A stretch of 57,463 nucleotides of DNA from positions 62,001 to 119,463 of the forward strand of contig CAUYUJ010000022.1 of assembly GCA_963575745.1 (NCBI GenBank). Direction: 5' to 3'. Shown in pieces: positions 1-11,251 of the stretch; the first letter of the stretch is position 1; every line of letters begins with the position of its first letter. The notes under the pieces are model-generated. The model did not search any database and was not told where the DNA came from. It worked only from the letters and a program-made list of their open reading frames with translations. Both the position numbers and the translations under genes were made by a program. The DNA is from Prorocentrum cordatum. Lineage: Eukaryota.

Positions 1-109
1 ATTGCTACCCGCTGTGGTGTTGGGGGGAACACGTGTGCTCGTCATTTTGTAGTTTGTGGAGTCGGAGAACGCACGCAGACATCAAAAATAGGAACGTCAC
101 TGCGCGCCA

Positions 110-785
110 GGCTGCGGATGTGCGTGTGCACGCGCGCCCATGCGTGTGTGTGGGCTGGAGCTTCTATCAGTGACAAGGGTGGCGTCGCTCTATCTGCAAG
201 AAGCGTTTGCGCGCGTGTGTGTGTGTGTGTGTATGTGTGTGCGTATCCGTGTGGGTGTCTGTGTGCGTGTATGTTTGTGTGTGCGTGCGTGCGTGTGTGT
301 ATTTGTCTGTCTGTCTGTGTGTCTGTTTCAGTCTGCGTCGCTGTGCGTGTCTGTGTCTGGGTGTCTGTGTGTCTGAGCAGATCCCTGGTCCCGACGCCGC
401 GTGAGCTGGCCCAGCCGCGCGCTCGCTCCTGCTCGACTCTCGACGCCGCGCCGCCGCTGTCTGTGCGTGTCCGTGCATGTCTGTTTCTGTGTCTCTGTGC
501 CCGTGTCTGTGCCCGTGTGCGTCTGTGTGTGAGTATGTCCGTGAATCTGTGTATCCGTGTGGCTGCGTGTGTTTGTGCCTGCAAGCCCGCTCCCTGGACG
601 TCTCCTTGGAGCCGCGAACCAAACAAGTGTTTGTGTCTGCGCGTGTCTGCGTATCTGCGTGAGCGTCTGTCTGTGGCCATGTGCGTGTGCGTGTATCTGT
701 CTGTCTGTGTGTATATCTGTCTGCCTGCCTGCCTGTCTGTCTGTCTATATGTATACCCGTCTGTGTGTGTCCATGTGCGCGCGAG
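110..785. repeat. Degenerate (TG)n/(TGTC)n/(TGCG)n microsatellite tract
   Basis: Directly visible TG-rich simple repeat; explains the Cys/Val- and His/Thr-rich ORFs here. Confidence 0.95.
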
Positions 786-947
786 CTCAATCTTGACCCG
801 CCTAGCAAGCGTTTCCTTCCACCCGGTGAGCGCTTCAATCGCGGTTGCGCGTCTGCATTTTTGGTGTACACAGCACTTGCCCCTCCCGTTCCCAGGCCTC
901 CGACGTTGCTTTTGTTCATGGCCTTGGCCCCGAGAGTTCTCATCCGT

Positions 948-1110
948 GGCGAGCGATGGGGGGAAGTGAGAAGGAGAAGGCATTCTCAGAAGGTTGCGGG
1001 AGTTTTCAGAAGCCCTCGCGCCTTCCGAGAGGTTTCCTGTGGCTTCGGGGAAGGCTTAGGACACCTTTCAGAAGGCGGGAGGACTTCCGAGCCTTCTAAG
1101 AAGGCCTCAA
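948..1110 (+). repeat. Dispersed repeat, related copy at ~42827-42980
   Basis: GGCGAGCG..GGGGGGAAGTGAGAAGG...TTCTCAGAAGG is shared by both loci. Confidence 0.65.
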
Positions 1111-1249
1111 TGGGCTCCAAGCGCCCCCCGGAAGCCCAGGGTGCGATACGCAGAAGAGCGCGCCGTCTTGTTGTTCCACGGTTGTAGGAGGCCTGGTTGT
1201 CTCCCACGAGTAGAAGATCCACCCGCGGACTCACGGGGGGCACACCCGC

Positions 1250-1815
1250 ATATATACATATATACATATGTGTACGCATATGTATATAATATGCGTGTGT
1301 ATACATCTAAAGACATACAGACGGACAGACAGACAGAAAGACAGACAGATAGACATACAGACATACACACATGAATCCATACATACATATATACATACAC
1401 ACATACATACATACATACATACATACATACATACATACATACATACATACATACATACATACATACACACATGTATCCATACATACATACACACACATAC
1501 ATACATACATACATAAATACAAACAAACATACATACATACATACATGCATGCATGCATACACACATACATACATACATACATACATACATACATACATAC
1601 ATGCATACATACATACATACATATATGCAGACATACACACATACATACACACATACATACATACATACATACAGACAGACAGACAGACAGACAGGCAGAC
1701 AGACATACATACATTCATACGCACATACAAACATACATGCATATGCTCATCCATCCATACATACATACATACACACATACATATGTATACAAACATATGG
1801 ATATACATACATACC
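1250..1815. repeat. (ATAC)n/(AGAC)n microsatellite
   Basis: Directly visible tetranucleotide repeat. Confidence 0.97.
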
Positions 1816-2384
1816 ACCACTCCGAAAACAAAACATGATGAACGTGGGCATGCGGACTGGGGATATTATTTGGGTCGCCGCGAGGTCGCATGAAGGCCAT
1901 CGAGTCAGATCCGTGCCCTGTTCAGCTCTGAGATCTCATTGGAACCATCTTGGAATCGTCTTGAGGCCATGGTGGGAGCTTGGGGGGCACATGGGGCTAT
2001 CATCAGGTCATGGCGTCATGTCCGGATCCTCTTGAAGTCACGAAGCCGCTTTGAGAGCGACGCGAGTCCGGTTAATTTTGGATCGGGGTTGGGGACGGGG
2101 CTTCCGCATAGCGTGGGGTCGTCGTCGCGTCGCCGTCGGAGCAGGAGGGGCAGGGGGTTCAGGGGCAACGATGGGGGGAAGGATGGGCACAGGGGGTGGG
2201 ATGCATCGACCCCCCGTCGCCCAGCGCGGGTTCACTATCGGGGGTATACCGCCGATAGTGTCTTCGCACGCTCCTGGGCAGGTTGGGCCATCGGGTCCTT
2301 GGCGGCGGTCCATGGGCGGCTGGGGGCCAATGCGCCCCCTCTATCCTTGGGAGAGGGGGGCGGGGCATTGACCGAGTCAATTCA

Positions 2385-2545
2385 GGAGTGAGCACACACA
2401 GAAAGAATCGTCGATTCCCAGGGAAATATGGGAAACTATGGGAAGTGGAGGGAAGGGCGAAAACCAAACAAACAAAAGTGCAAAACAAGTGGGGGGATCC
2501 TGGGATTTGTGTTTATTCTTTTTTTTGGTCCCTGGGCCCCTTCAG
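2385..2545 (+). mobile_element. Dispersed ~160-bp MITE-like family ending GGGCCCCTTCA(G); copies at ~15605-15762, ~43207-43370 and a short copy at ~26342-26404
   Basis: The three long copies share CACACA...AATCGT(C/T)GA...ATGGGAAG and a T-rich stretch ending GGGCCCCTTCA. The short copy has CTGAA...TTCAG inverted ends. Confidence 0.7.
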
Positions 2546-2955
2546 TAATCGGGGATTGCTACTAAAGGTGCTCCTGGGCCAAGGTGCCCCCAGCTTGCTC
2601 AATCTGTGAGCCCCCAGGGCCCTCTTAGCCCCGGAAGCCGTGGGGGCCTCCTTGGAAATCCTGGTGGCACCTCGGACCAGGCGCATTTCAGCAACACCCG
2701 GATACTTAACCTTACCTCCACAATTACGTCCGCTCAAGCCGCCAGGCTCAGGTGACAGCGGGACGTCGTTTTCCACCGCGCGGTTGGCGCGCAAGATGGG
2801 CAGTGGGGAGAGCGTCCTTCGCAGCGTGTTCCTTGTGCCCACCCTTGTCCTGAAAGGAAAGTGCGCTTAGCAGGTGTACGGCCGTGCGTCAGGAGTTTAG
2901 CACCTATTGCCTATACGAACATTTCGCGCGCGTCTGGCGCGCGTTGTCCGTTCTG

Positions 2956-5610
2956 ATGCGCGCCGTCGCCCTCAGCGCTGCCTGCCTCGGTGCCGGGTCG
3001 GCGCTCCTTCCTGGACCCGGCAGCAACCCCTACTGCTGGGCCGACGTCGACAGGGGACGCGGGGACGAGGTCGTGCGGATCGACGGCTTCCTCGCCCTGG
3101 AGCGGCAGGCGCGATGCTGCGGCTCCGCCCCAGGCTCGGCCACCGACCCGCCCGGCTGCTTCCCGCCGCCCGCCGCAGACTATCCGACGATCCTCAGGGC
3201 GTGTGCTGGCCGACTGTGTGTCACCCCGCTCGGCCTGTGCCGGCCATCGTCGCGCCACCTGCGTGGTGTCGAGGGGCCTCGATGGACCAGCACACGTTGG
3301 CGCCGACACGCGTCCTGGTGATCGTCGAACTATCTGGGCCGCGCGGAGTGCTGCGAGAGCCAGCGGCCCTGGGCAGACGCCCAGGCCGAGGCCGCGGCGC
3401 CGCCGCCCGACGTGCGGGGCGCCGAGCGCGCGTACCTGGCGTGGCCGGGGCGCGCCGTCGACCGCGAGGTGAGGCACTTCCGCCTCGTGGCGGGCGAGGC
3501 GGGGATGGTGCGGCCGCCGTAGCCCTGGCGACGAACTAGCAACGCACACACCCATGCCCATAGGGATGCCGGTGGGTGCGCGTTGTCGGACGGGGGTCCC
3601 CGCTCGAACGGGAGCCTCCCCCGCGGTGCGACAACCCGCACCCATACCTACAGCCAGTCCTCATCCGTCCGCCCCTCCTATGGGTATGGGTGTGTGGGTG
3701 TCTGTCGTTCGTTCGCCATCTGGGGACAAGAGCAGCGGCGCCAACCCAAGTTCTCGGAGCTCCGCGCGGATTTCTTGCATCGGCTCTGGGCCCCCCTGGT
3801 GGGACCGCCCCTGGCGCGCTCCGCGCGCCAGGGAGGGGCCACGCGGAGTTCTTGCATCGGCGCTGGGCGTCAGCGGCGCCTAGCCGCCGACCCGAGAACT
3901 CCGCGCGGAGCTCTGAGAGTGAGTTGATGACCTACAGTGTCGTTTTTAATGCATGTTCCGCGTGCGGATCATGTATTCAAACTGCAGGGATCTAGTATTA
4001 AAAACAACGATGGGTTCATGCATACACTTATTCATAACTCAATCATGTATAAACATCTTATATATATATATTAAAAGAATCCCATGTATTAGAAACTGCC
4101 CTGTACGCTGCTCCTTCTCACCCCCCAGCGTCACGACAAGCCCTTCGCGGTGGTGCTGCCGCCGTGGCAGGGCCTCGGGTGGAGCGCGCGCTTCTGGCGG
4201 GACCACTACGCCCGTGACTACGAGCCCGGGTCCTTTGCGGTCTTCCGGCGCGCCGTCGGCCCGCGCACCGTGGTGCTCGACGTCGGTGCGTGGATCGGCC
4301 CGACGGCGCTCTTCCTCGCCGGGCGCGCCCGGCACGTCGTCGCGCTGGAGCCGAGCAGCAGCGCCTTCGCCGAGCTGGCGTACAACTTCGCGCTCAGCCC
4401 GGCCCGGCTCGCGCGGGCGTTGCGGGCAGGGCTCGCGTCCCCCTCTCCACGGGGTCTTGGAGTTCCCGGCCCCTGCTTCTCCCGGAGGGCAGCGGCGCAG
4501 TGGGCATCGGCGATCGGTGTGGATGAGCATGTGGCCCCTGGAGGCCTTGGGACGTTGCCCGTGTCCACTGCGCCTCGGCCTTTGCGCCGCCCATTCCCTA
4601 GTAGATGTAAATCCTGCCCACGGTGCAGTGGATCTGGATGTAAGTCCTGCCCGCGGGCATCCCTCGTGGGCGCCGCCCTGGGGAGCGTGAACGGCCGCGT
4701 GCTGTTCAGCGACATGGGCGCGAGCGACGACCGGCCCCTCGCTCGGCACGGCAACCTGGGGCTGGTGGCTCGCGCCTCCGAGGTGCCGCAGATCTCCGTC
4801 GCGTCCCTCTGGGGACGGCGCAGCTGCCCCCACCCCCAGCCAGGGCCCCCTTGATCACCAGGTCGGGACGGGGGGTTCTGGCTCGGGGTGGGGGTGGGTT
4901 GTGCTGTCCTCACCCTCATCTCGGAGGAGAAGAACAGCATAGAGGTAGACTTTCGGAGTTCTGCGCGGATGTCTCGGATCCGCGCTTGACCCCCTTCTCC
5001 CTGGCGCGAGGAGCGCGCCAGGGGCAGCGCCTAGGGGCGGGAGGGCGCAGCTCCGATCCAAGAAATCCGCGCGGACCTCCGCAATTCAATGTTCGTGCAG
5101 TTGTTTCTCCTTCGATCGTCGCCGCGTGGCCGATTCTGAGGGACCTCGGCTTCGCCAAGGTCGACGTGGAGGGCGGGGAGGTGGACGTCGTGCCGGCACT
5201 GCTGCCCCTCCTCCAGTCGGCCCGGGCCACCGTGCTGGTGTCCCTCCACCCGCGCTTCGTCGGCCACGCCGCCGTGGTGGGCGTCGTCCAGGCGCTGCTG
5301 GCGACCTTCCCCGAAGAAGGGCAGGCGGCAGGAGCACGGGCTCGTGGAGCTCCGCGCGGACTTCCTGGAGCCATGCCGGGGCTTCCTCCCCGGCGCGCGG
5401 AGGGCGCGCCAGGGGCACCCAGGGCGCCCAGCGTCGATCCACGAAATCCGAGCGCAGCTCCTACGGCTCGTGTTCATGGCGTCGCTTCTGCTTCCGCTTC
5501 CCCAACTGCACGGAGACGGACCTCAGGACGCCGCTGTCGCCGGAGAGCGTCTCCGACGGCGACGCCCTCGGCGGGCTCGACGTGGTCTGCTTCTGGGGGA
5601 CGCTGCGAGC
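2956..5610 (+). CDS. FkbM-family (Methyltransf_21) SAM-dependent methyltransferase with N-terminal signal and Cys-rich region; multi-exon (approx. 2956-3190, 3320-3486, 4129-4417, 4658-4809, 5118-5312, 5504-~5610); 3' end uncertain
   Basis: FkbM motifs occur in order across GC3-rich segments: YEPGSFAVFRRAVGPRTVVLDVGAWIGPTALF, HVVALEP, FAELAYNFAL, LVGAALG, FAKVDVEGGE, VLVSLH. The N-terminus MRAVALSAACLGAGSA is hydrophobic. Exon 2 needs a 1-nt frame correction, so a pseudogene or sequencing error is possible. Confidence 0.85.
3545..3696. mobile_element. MITE with ~20-bp TIR CACACACCCATGCCCATAGG; second, interrupted copy at ~38648-38980
   Basis: Inverted termini are visible. The core GGGGGTCCCCGCTCGAACGGG...CGACAACCCGCACCCAT is shared with ~38700-38760. 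Confidence 0.8.
3752..3918. mobile_element. Palindromic foldback element family (core CCTGGCGCGCTCCGCGCGCCAGG); relatives at 4954-5081, 5313-5496, ~38215-38375, 40793-41006, ~51604-51730
   Basis: Arms TCTCGGAGCTCCGCGCGGA / TCCGCGCGGAGCTCTGAGA are near-reverse complements. The same central hairpin recurs at each locus. Confidence 0.85.
3935..4103. mobile_element. Tc1/mariner-type MITE (169 bp, TA target duplication)
   Basis: TA|CAGTGTCGTTTTTAATGCATG ... CATGTATTAGAAACTGCCCTG|TA with an AT-rich interior; second copy at 14979-15140. Confidence 0.8.
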
Positions 5611-5647
5611 AAAAGCCTGCACCGCCTGCCTCGTTCGCGCCTCCATT

Positions 5648-5860
5648 CTCCTCCTCCTCCTCCCTCCTCCCTCCTCCCTCCTCCTCCTCCTCCTCCTCCT
5701 CCTCCTCCTCCTCCTCCTCCTCCTCCTCTTCTTCCCTCCTTCCTCCTCGCTCCTTCCCCGTTTGAACCTCTCTCCTCCCTCGTGGCACCCCGCCCCTCTC
5801 AACACCTCCGTCCTCCTCTTTCGTGTGTTCCTCCTCTTCGTGTGCTTCGTGCTCCTCTAG
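5648..5860. repeat. (CCT)n microsatellite
   Basis: Directly visible. Similar CCT/AGG tracts lie at 7105-7392, 8180-8320, 14680-14755, 25970-26340, 39370-39522, 43598-43790, 50510-51080, 53155-53342 and 54420-54545. Confidence 0.95.
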
Positions 5861-5882
5861 TCTTCAACCTCTCACACTTGGG

Positions 5883-6106
5883 CGCCCGAGTTATCCGGGG
5901 TAACTCGGGTCCGGGGTAACTCGGGTTTGGATTCCCGAAAAAGGAACCCGAGTTAGCCCTGACCCGAGTTACCCCTGATGATTCGGGGCTCTGGACGCCC
6001 GAACTATCCGGGGTAAGTCGGGTCCGGGGTAAGTCGGGTTCGGATTCCCGAAAAACGAACCCGAGTTATCCCTGACCCGAGTTACCCCTGATGATTCGGG
6101 GCTCTG
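5883..6106. repeat. Two tandem 113-bp units, each internally palindromic
   Basis: Units start at 5883 and 5996. Each has two GGGGTAA(C/G)TCGGGT motifs followed by two near-reverse-complement ACCCGAGTTA(G/C/T)CCC motifs. Confidence 0.9.
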
Positions 6107-7502
6107 ACACACCCTTTCCGGTTCCTCCTGTGCAATCTTCCCTCTTTCCTCTTATACCCCATGCTTCTCCTCCCTCTTTCCTCCTGCGCCAGTTCATTCC
6201 TGCCTCCCGTCGCCCTCCTTTCCTTCATGTTCTCCTTCGTACGTGTTCCGTCTTCCTGTGCCTCCTGCCGTTGCTCCTGGAACTCCACGCCGCAGATGCG
6301 GTGCGCGTCCCGCCGCTCTGCTCTGAAGGTGTTCTGTGTGTCTGGCGCCAATGGAGCGGACTGCAGTCCATTCACAGCTCGAGGGACCCACGAAGCTAGT
6401 AAGGAGCTCGGGTCAGTCTTGATCAGAGTGTGCATGCTTCACGCTGGTGTGTCGTGCCGTGGTGTAGTACTACATGTTACGTTGTGCTTTGTCTTGCTGC
6501 TCTTCACCCTTACCATTCAGCTGTGGCATCGCAACGGCACCTGCTGTCGTCATATGAGCTTCCAGGGGCCTCCCGAAGCAAGCGGTGGCAAGCAGCGGTC
6601 AGGAGGTCGGGTGTCGCACGTCGCTCTGTTCCCACGGCTCCCACCATTCCCTCCCGTACACCCCTTCCTCGGGCCCTAGGCACGCTTGGTCGACGCGCGG
6701 GCAGCTTCGTGCACTTGCTGTTGCGCTCGACCTCAACCGTAGCGCTTTTAGTTTTCAGAGGGAAGGGAACTTCTGTCAGGGGAAGGCAATCAGTCTCCTG
6801 GAAGCCCGTGCGCGGGCTCCGGCTCCCAGCAGCAGGTCTACGGCGTTTCGGGCTATCTTCCTGCAGCTGTCGCAGGAGCCTCCTCAGCCGGTCCGGGTCT
6901 CATCATCCCCTTCTTCTACGTTGGGCGAACTCAAGGTGCTGACCTGTAGCGTTCGTGCGGTAAGATCCTCCTTGTCACACAAGTCAGGGCTGCTGCCAGT
7001 GCGGGCGCAAGAGGGGCCAGAATACGTATTAGAAGACGATGTGCCCAGAGAACTCGGAGTGACTAAGCAAGCAGCCGATGGAAGTAGAGGCACCATCCCC
7101 CCTTCTGCTGCTCCTCCTCGCTCCTCCTCCTCGTCGTCCTCCTCCTCCTCCTCCTCCTCCTCCTCCTCCTCCTCCTCCTCCTTCTCTCTCCTCTTCTCTC
7201 CCCCTCCTCCTCGTCCTCTTCCTCCTCCTCCTCATCGTCCTCCTCCTCCTCCTCTCTCCTCTCCTCCTCTCTCCTCCTTCTCCTCGTCCTCCTCCCCCTC
7301 CTCCCTCCTCCTCCTCCTCCTCCTCCTGCTCCTCCTCTCCTCCTCCTCCTCCTCCTCCTCCTCCTCCTCCTCCTCCTCCTCCTCCTCCTCCATTCCTTTT
7401 CCTTATGAATAACGTCTCCCTGTCGCACCCCAAGGCCAGTTGTTAGGTCGGGCCGCGCTTTCGCATGAGACTTCCTCACCATTTATGACCCCGAAGCTTC
7501 AA

Positions 7503-7855
7503 GCAAGACACCAGTTGCACGTATTGAGGGCGGGTGGTTTTCAACATGTGGTTCTCGCCTCAGCGCCGCGCACATTCGTTTGAAACAGTTGCAAGGATTT
7601 CACAGATTGAGGGCGGGCCGTTTTCAACCTATCGCTCTCGCTTAAGCCCGCTCACATTCGCTTTTGAAACATGCAAGAGCTTCACGGATTGAGGGCGGCT
7701 CCTTTTCAAAGTGTGGTTCTCGCCTTAGCGTCGCGCACATTCGTTTTAAACATTCGCAAGGGTTTCACGGATTGAGGGCGGTTGGTTTTCAAACTGTGGT
7801 TCTCGCCTTTGCGCCGCGCACATTCGTTTTAACACTTGGCAAGAGTTTCACGGAT
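7503..7855. repeat. Diverged tandem repeat, ~82-83 bp unit, ~4 copies
   Basis: ATTGAGGGCGG recurs at 7523, 7606, 7688 and 7771, each followed by TCTCGC and CACATTCG motifs. Confidence 0.9.
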
Positions 7856-8827
7856 CCCCATGGCCAGCGTGCTAAACATTGTGTTTGTTGGAAGGATTCA
7901 GGATTATGAGGGCGCAACAGTTATGGTAATTCGCTGTGCTGAAGTCTCAGGAACGGCGTTCTGGCACGGTTCAAGATCGCCAAGACGCAGCAGTCAGGTT
8001 GATCGGTGGCGATGGAATCCGGAGAACATTGTTTTGGCGTGTTTTAGGGTCTTCACACGGTTGTGTTCCAACGAGACAGTTCCATCATTGTAGATGAACC
8101 GTTGTGGGGGTCTATGAAGAGGGAGCTTACAAGGAGCGTGTACTCCAACATCGTCGATGACTCTTGGATTTTCACTGGTCCTCCTTCTCCTCCTCCTCCT
8201 CCTCCCTCCTCCTCATGCTCCTTTCCCTCCTCCTCCTCATCCTCCTCCTCCCTCCTCTATCCTCCTCCTCCTCCTTCTCATCCCTCCTCCCTCCTTCTCC
8301 CTCCTCCCTCCTCCCTCTCCGGACCCCCCCACGCTGTGAACAAGTCACGACGGGAGGCCGTTCGCGATCTTCGACCTCCGGGGGCCCTCTTCCCGGGCCC
8401 CCCAGGGGCCGTCAACAAAACGACGCAGGATGCAAAACCGGTCCCGGGAAAGGGGCCCAGACCTCTGGGGGTCGACGTCGCGACAAAAGTCACGGCGTCG
8501 GGGGTCAGGGCCTTTCCCGCCCGCCCGCGCGCGCGGGCTGGACCGCGAGCCCCGCCCGCTCCCGCCGCGCGCCTCCCCCCCGAGCTCGCGCGAGGAGGAG
8601 GAGGTCGGCAGGAGTCGCCCCCTTCCTCCGCCTCAGGGAGAGGCCCTCGCCCGGGATGGGGCTGGCCTCGACCTGCCCCGACATCGCCCGGCTCGGGCCC
8701 GCAACGCCTTGACCAGTTTCTGGGCGGAGGATGTTCGTCGATCTTCGGCGTCCAGATCGGAGGGGGGAGATGCGACACCAACACCACCAGGGGGCCCACC
8801 TCCAGCGAGGAGGTCCACGATGCCTCC

Positions 8828-8947
8828 CCGAGCTGGAGGCTGGGGATGTCTCGAGCGAGAGGGGGGGACCACACCACCAGGGAGACCCCCCCTTGCTCCT
8901 CGCATCGCCTCGCCCTGTTGGTGTTGGTGTCGCCTTTCCTTGCTCCT
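8828..8947 (+). repeat. Dispersed repeat, copy at ~42649-42770
   Basis: GAGGCTGGGGATGTCTCGAGCGAGAG...CACCACCAGGGA...GACCCCCCTTGC is shared by both loci. Confidence 0.85.
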
Positions 8948-9479
8948 ATCCAGAGGCCGTTTCTGCGCCCGCGGTCGCCACAATGACCCTGGGCGAAGAG
9001 AAGCACCCAGGGAGGGGTTCGGGACTTCTGGCGGCAAACCGTCTGACATTCGCGACATCGGAGTTCAGGGCACGCGCGGCATGCACATATGGCCCGCGGC
9101 CCCAGGTCTCGTTTGGTCTCACATTGTCCTGCTCCCCCTGCGTGCGTTGTGTCGTCTCTTCTCAGCGGCCAGGGCTTCATTTGTGGGTTCGGTTTCGGAA
9201 TCGCTCCTCGCACGAGGTTGTTGATCCACGCACGGATGGTGCTGCCTCTCCTCCACGCCCTCGCGCTACGTCTCCGTGTGGGAGGTCCAACGTCCGGCGG
9301 CGTGCCACCTCCCCGCCGTCCACGCCCGCATGGCTGCTGCTGCGTGCACGCACGCATGGGATCCCAAGCGATCCCGCCAGAGAGCCTGGCCGCGCGCGCA
9401 CCGGCTCCGACCTCCCTCCGCTTCGACGTTGCGCGAGGGGCCGTGACCGTCAAAACGTATGTGTGTGTGTGCGTTTCGG

Positions 9480-9950
9480 AACAGAGCTTTCTGTGTCCGA
9501 GAAGGCCACGAGTGTGCCCTGCACAGGCCTCTGGAGCACAACAAGCACAGGTTGAGACCACTAGTATAGCAGACTGCTTAAATCAGGAACAGGCGGCATC
9601 CACGAATGACAAGCAAGAGTGCACAGGAATAAGGCTACCGTGATACGCAATCGGGTTTTTCAGCGATTTTCCTGCGGAGCACCTTGCGAACGTTCGGTGT
9701 GGCTTGGACCGTAGCCCCCGCGCCATTCGCAAGGCAAATCTCGCCGCACTCGCAGTTCGAGCTAACGTGCAACAGCTTGCAGATGCACTGATTGTATCGC
9801 GGCGTTGACGGGCACTCGCACAAACGTGAAGTCTGCCCTGAATGAGCTTGGACGCTAGGACAATTCCTGAGCATACAACAACACCAAGTCCTCATACACT
9901 TCCTAGACAAAGGAGGTGCGCACTCGAATCTATCACATTACGGATGTGCA
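9480..9950 (+). repeat. Diverged ~470-bp direct duplication, partner at ~12695-13170
   Basis: Collinear shared blocks: CGTGATACGCAATCG, AGCCCCCGCGCCATTCGCAAG, CAGTTCGAGCTAACGTGCAA, GCGTTGACGGGCACTCGCACAAACGT and TCACATTACGGATGTGCA. Confidence 0.85.
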
Positions 9951-11220
9951 TTGGAAGAACCTTATAGAGGGTGAGATGGCATATTTCAAGAATCATTGTG
10001 GGCAGGTTAATGGGCCAACATTGAAAAACAAAGCTAAGCTACAGAAATCAGGATGCAGTCGTGGTCCACCAGCTAAATTGGGTACCCCGATTGCGTGTGG
10101 TAGGGAGCCAGGACAAGCTCAAGAACCACATTTTCGCGATCAGGGATCAAGGCCCCACTGTGGCCACATAGATACAGCTGGCTGCGATCTGGCAGCGCAA
10201 AACGGACACATAGAGAAAAGAAAAGAGAAACACATGTTCTTACTCATGTATATATATATACACATAGTTATTTATATATATATATATATATATATATTTC
10301 TACATATATGTATATATACACGGACCGCCAGGACCGCCGCGCTACGGCTACCCTCCAGGCGATTGCTGTGTACGCGTTGCACAAGACACACGACAACGCG
10401 ATCATGCATGGTCCCCTGGGCGCCGACGGGCAATCGGCATTCCGCGGTTTTATTAGCGACGCGGCTCGGGGTCACCCGAAAGCCCGGCACCTCGTCCAAA
10501 TGGTTGTGGAAAGACCCAGGCCCGCAAGCTAGAACATCATCTCGACATTATTTAGGTAGTGTAGTTGTTTGTGCTTTCTATCTTCTCCTTTCGGTCGTAA
10601 TTCGGCGCGCCAGCTCGGCCGCACGTTCGCTTGTCCCTCGCCCCTCCCTTCTTCCCTTCCTCCTCCTCCTCCTCCTCCTCCTCTCCTTCCCTCTTTTTCT
10701 CCTGCCTGAGTCCAGGGCCATTGTGGATTTCTGGTGGTCCTCTGACTGGGATTGCTTTCTTTACTGCTCGCGCACCCGTGGAACGCTCGACGCGGTAGGA
10801 ACTTGGGCCGATTTTCTCTCGACGGTGTCAGTCAGGCCGTGAACGGGCCATTCTCCCATTCGTCTCGTTGTGGATTTATACATCTGGTCAGTTGGACCAT
10901 TAGGGATCCGTAAATCTTTCGTAGGTGCTCGTTCCCCTTCTCCTCCTCGTCCTCTTCCCCTTTTCCTCCCTCGTTCCAGGTGCTGTTTGACTTCTGGCAT
11001 GGGCCAGACATGGAAGCAACCAATTTGCGTGGCCACCGTGTTTTGGCTATCACGGAATTCACTCTTCCTCTTCGTCCTCTCTTTTTGTCTCCCTCCTTGT
11101 GCTGGCTTCGTCTCACAGCTTTCGCCGCATTGCGATTGGTGTCGCAATGCGTGCTGCTTGGTGTGATGTGAGGTTTGGTGATGGCTGTGTGCTGGAAAAG
11201 ACACACATACATATACATAT

Positions 11221-11251
<31 letters not shown>

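Noticed and set aside
42..2035. Many Cys/Val- or His/Thr-rich ORFs (also at 13200-13700 and 16135-17270)
   Set aside because: They are produced by TG and ATAC microsatellites and have no domain content.
6100..7090. Minus-strand gene or TE remnant
   Set aside because: The sequence is complex but only short broken ORFs are present, with no recognisable motif.
7503..7855. CRISPR-like repeat-spacer pattern
   Set aside because: The entire ~83-bp unit is homologous between copies, with no unique spacers.
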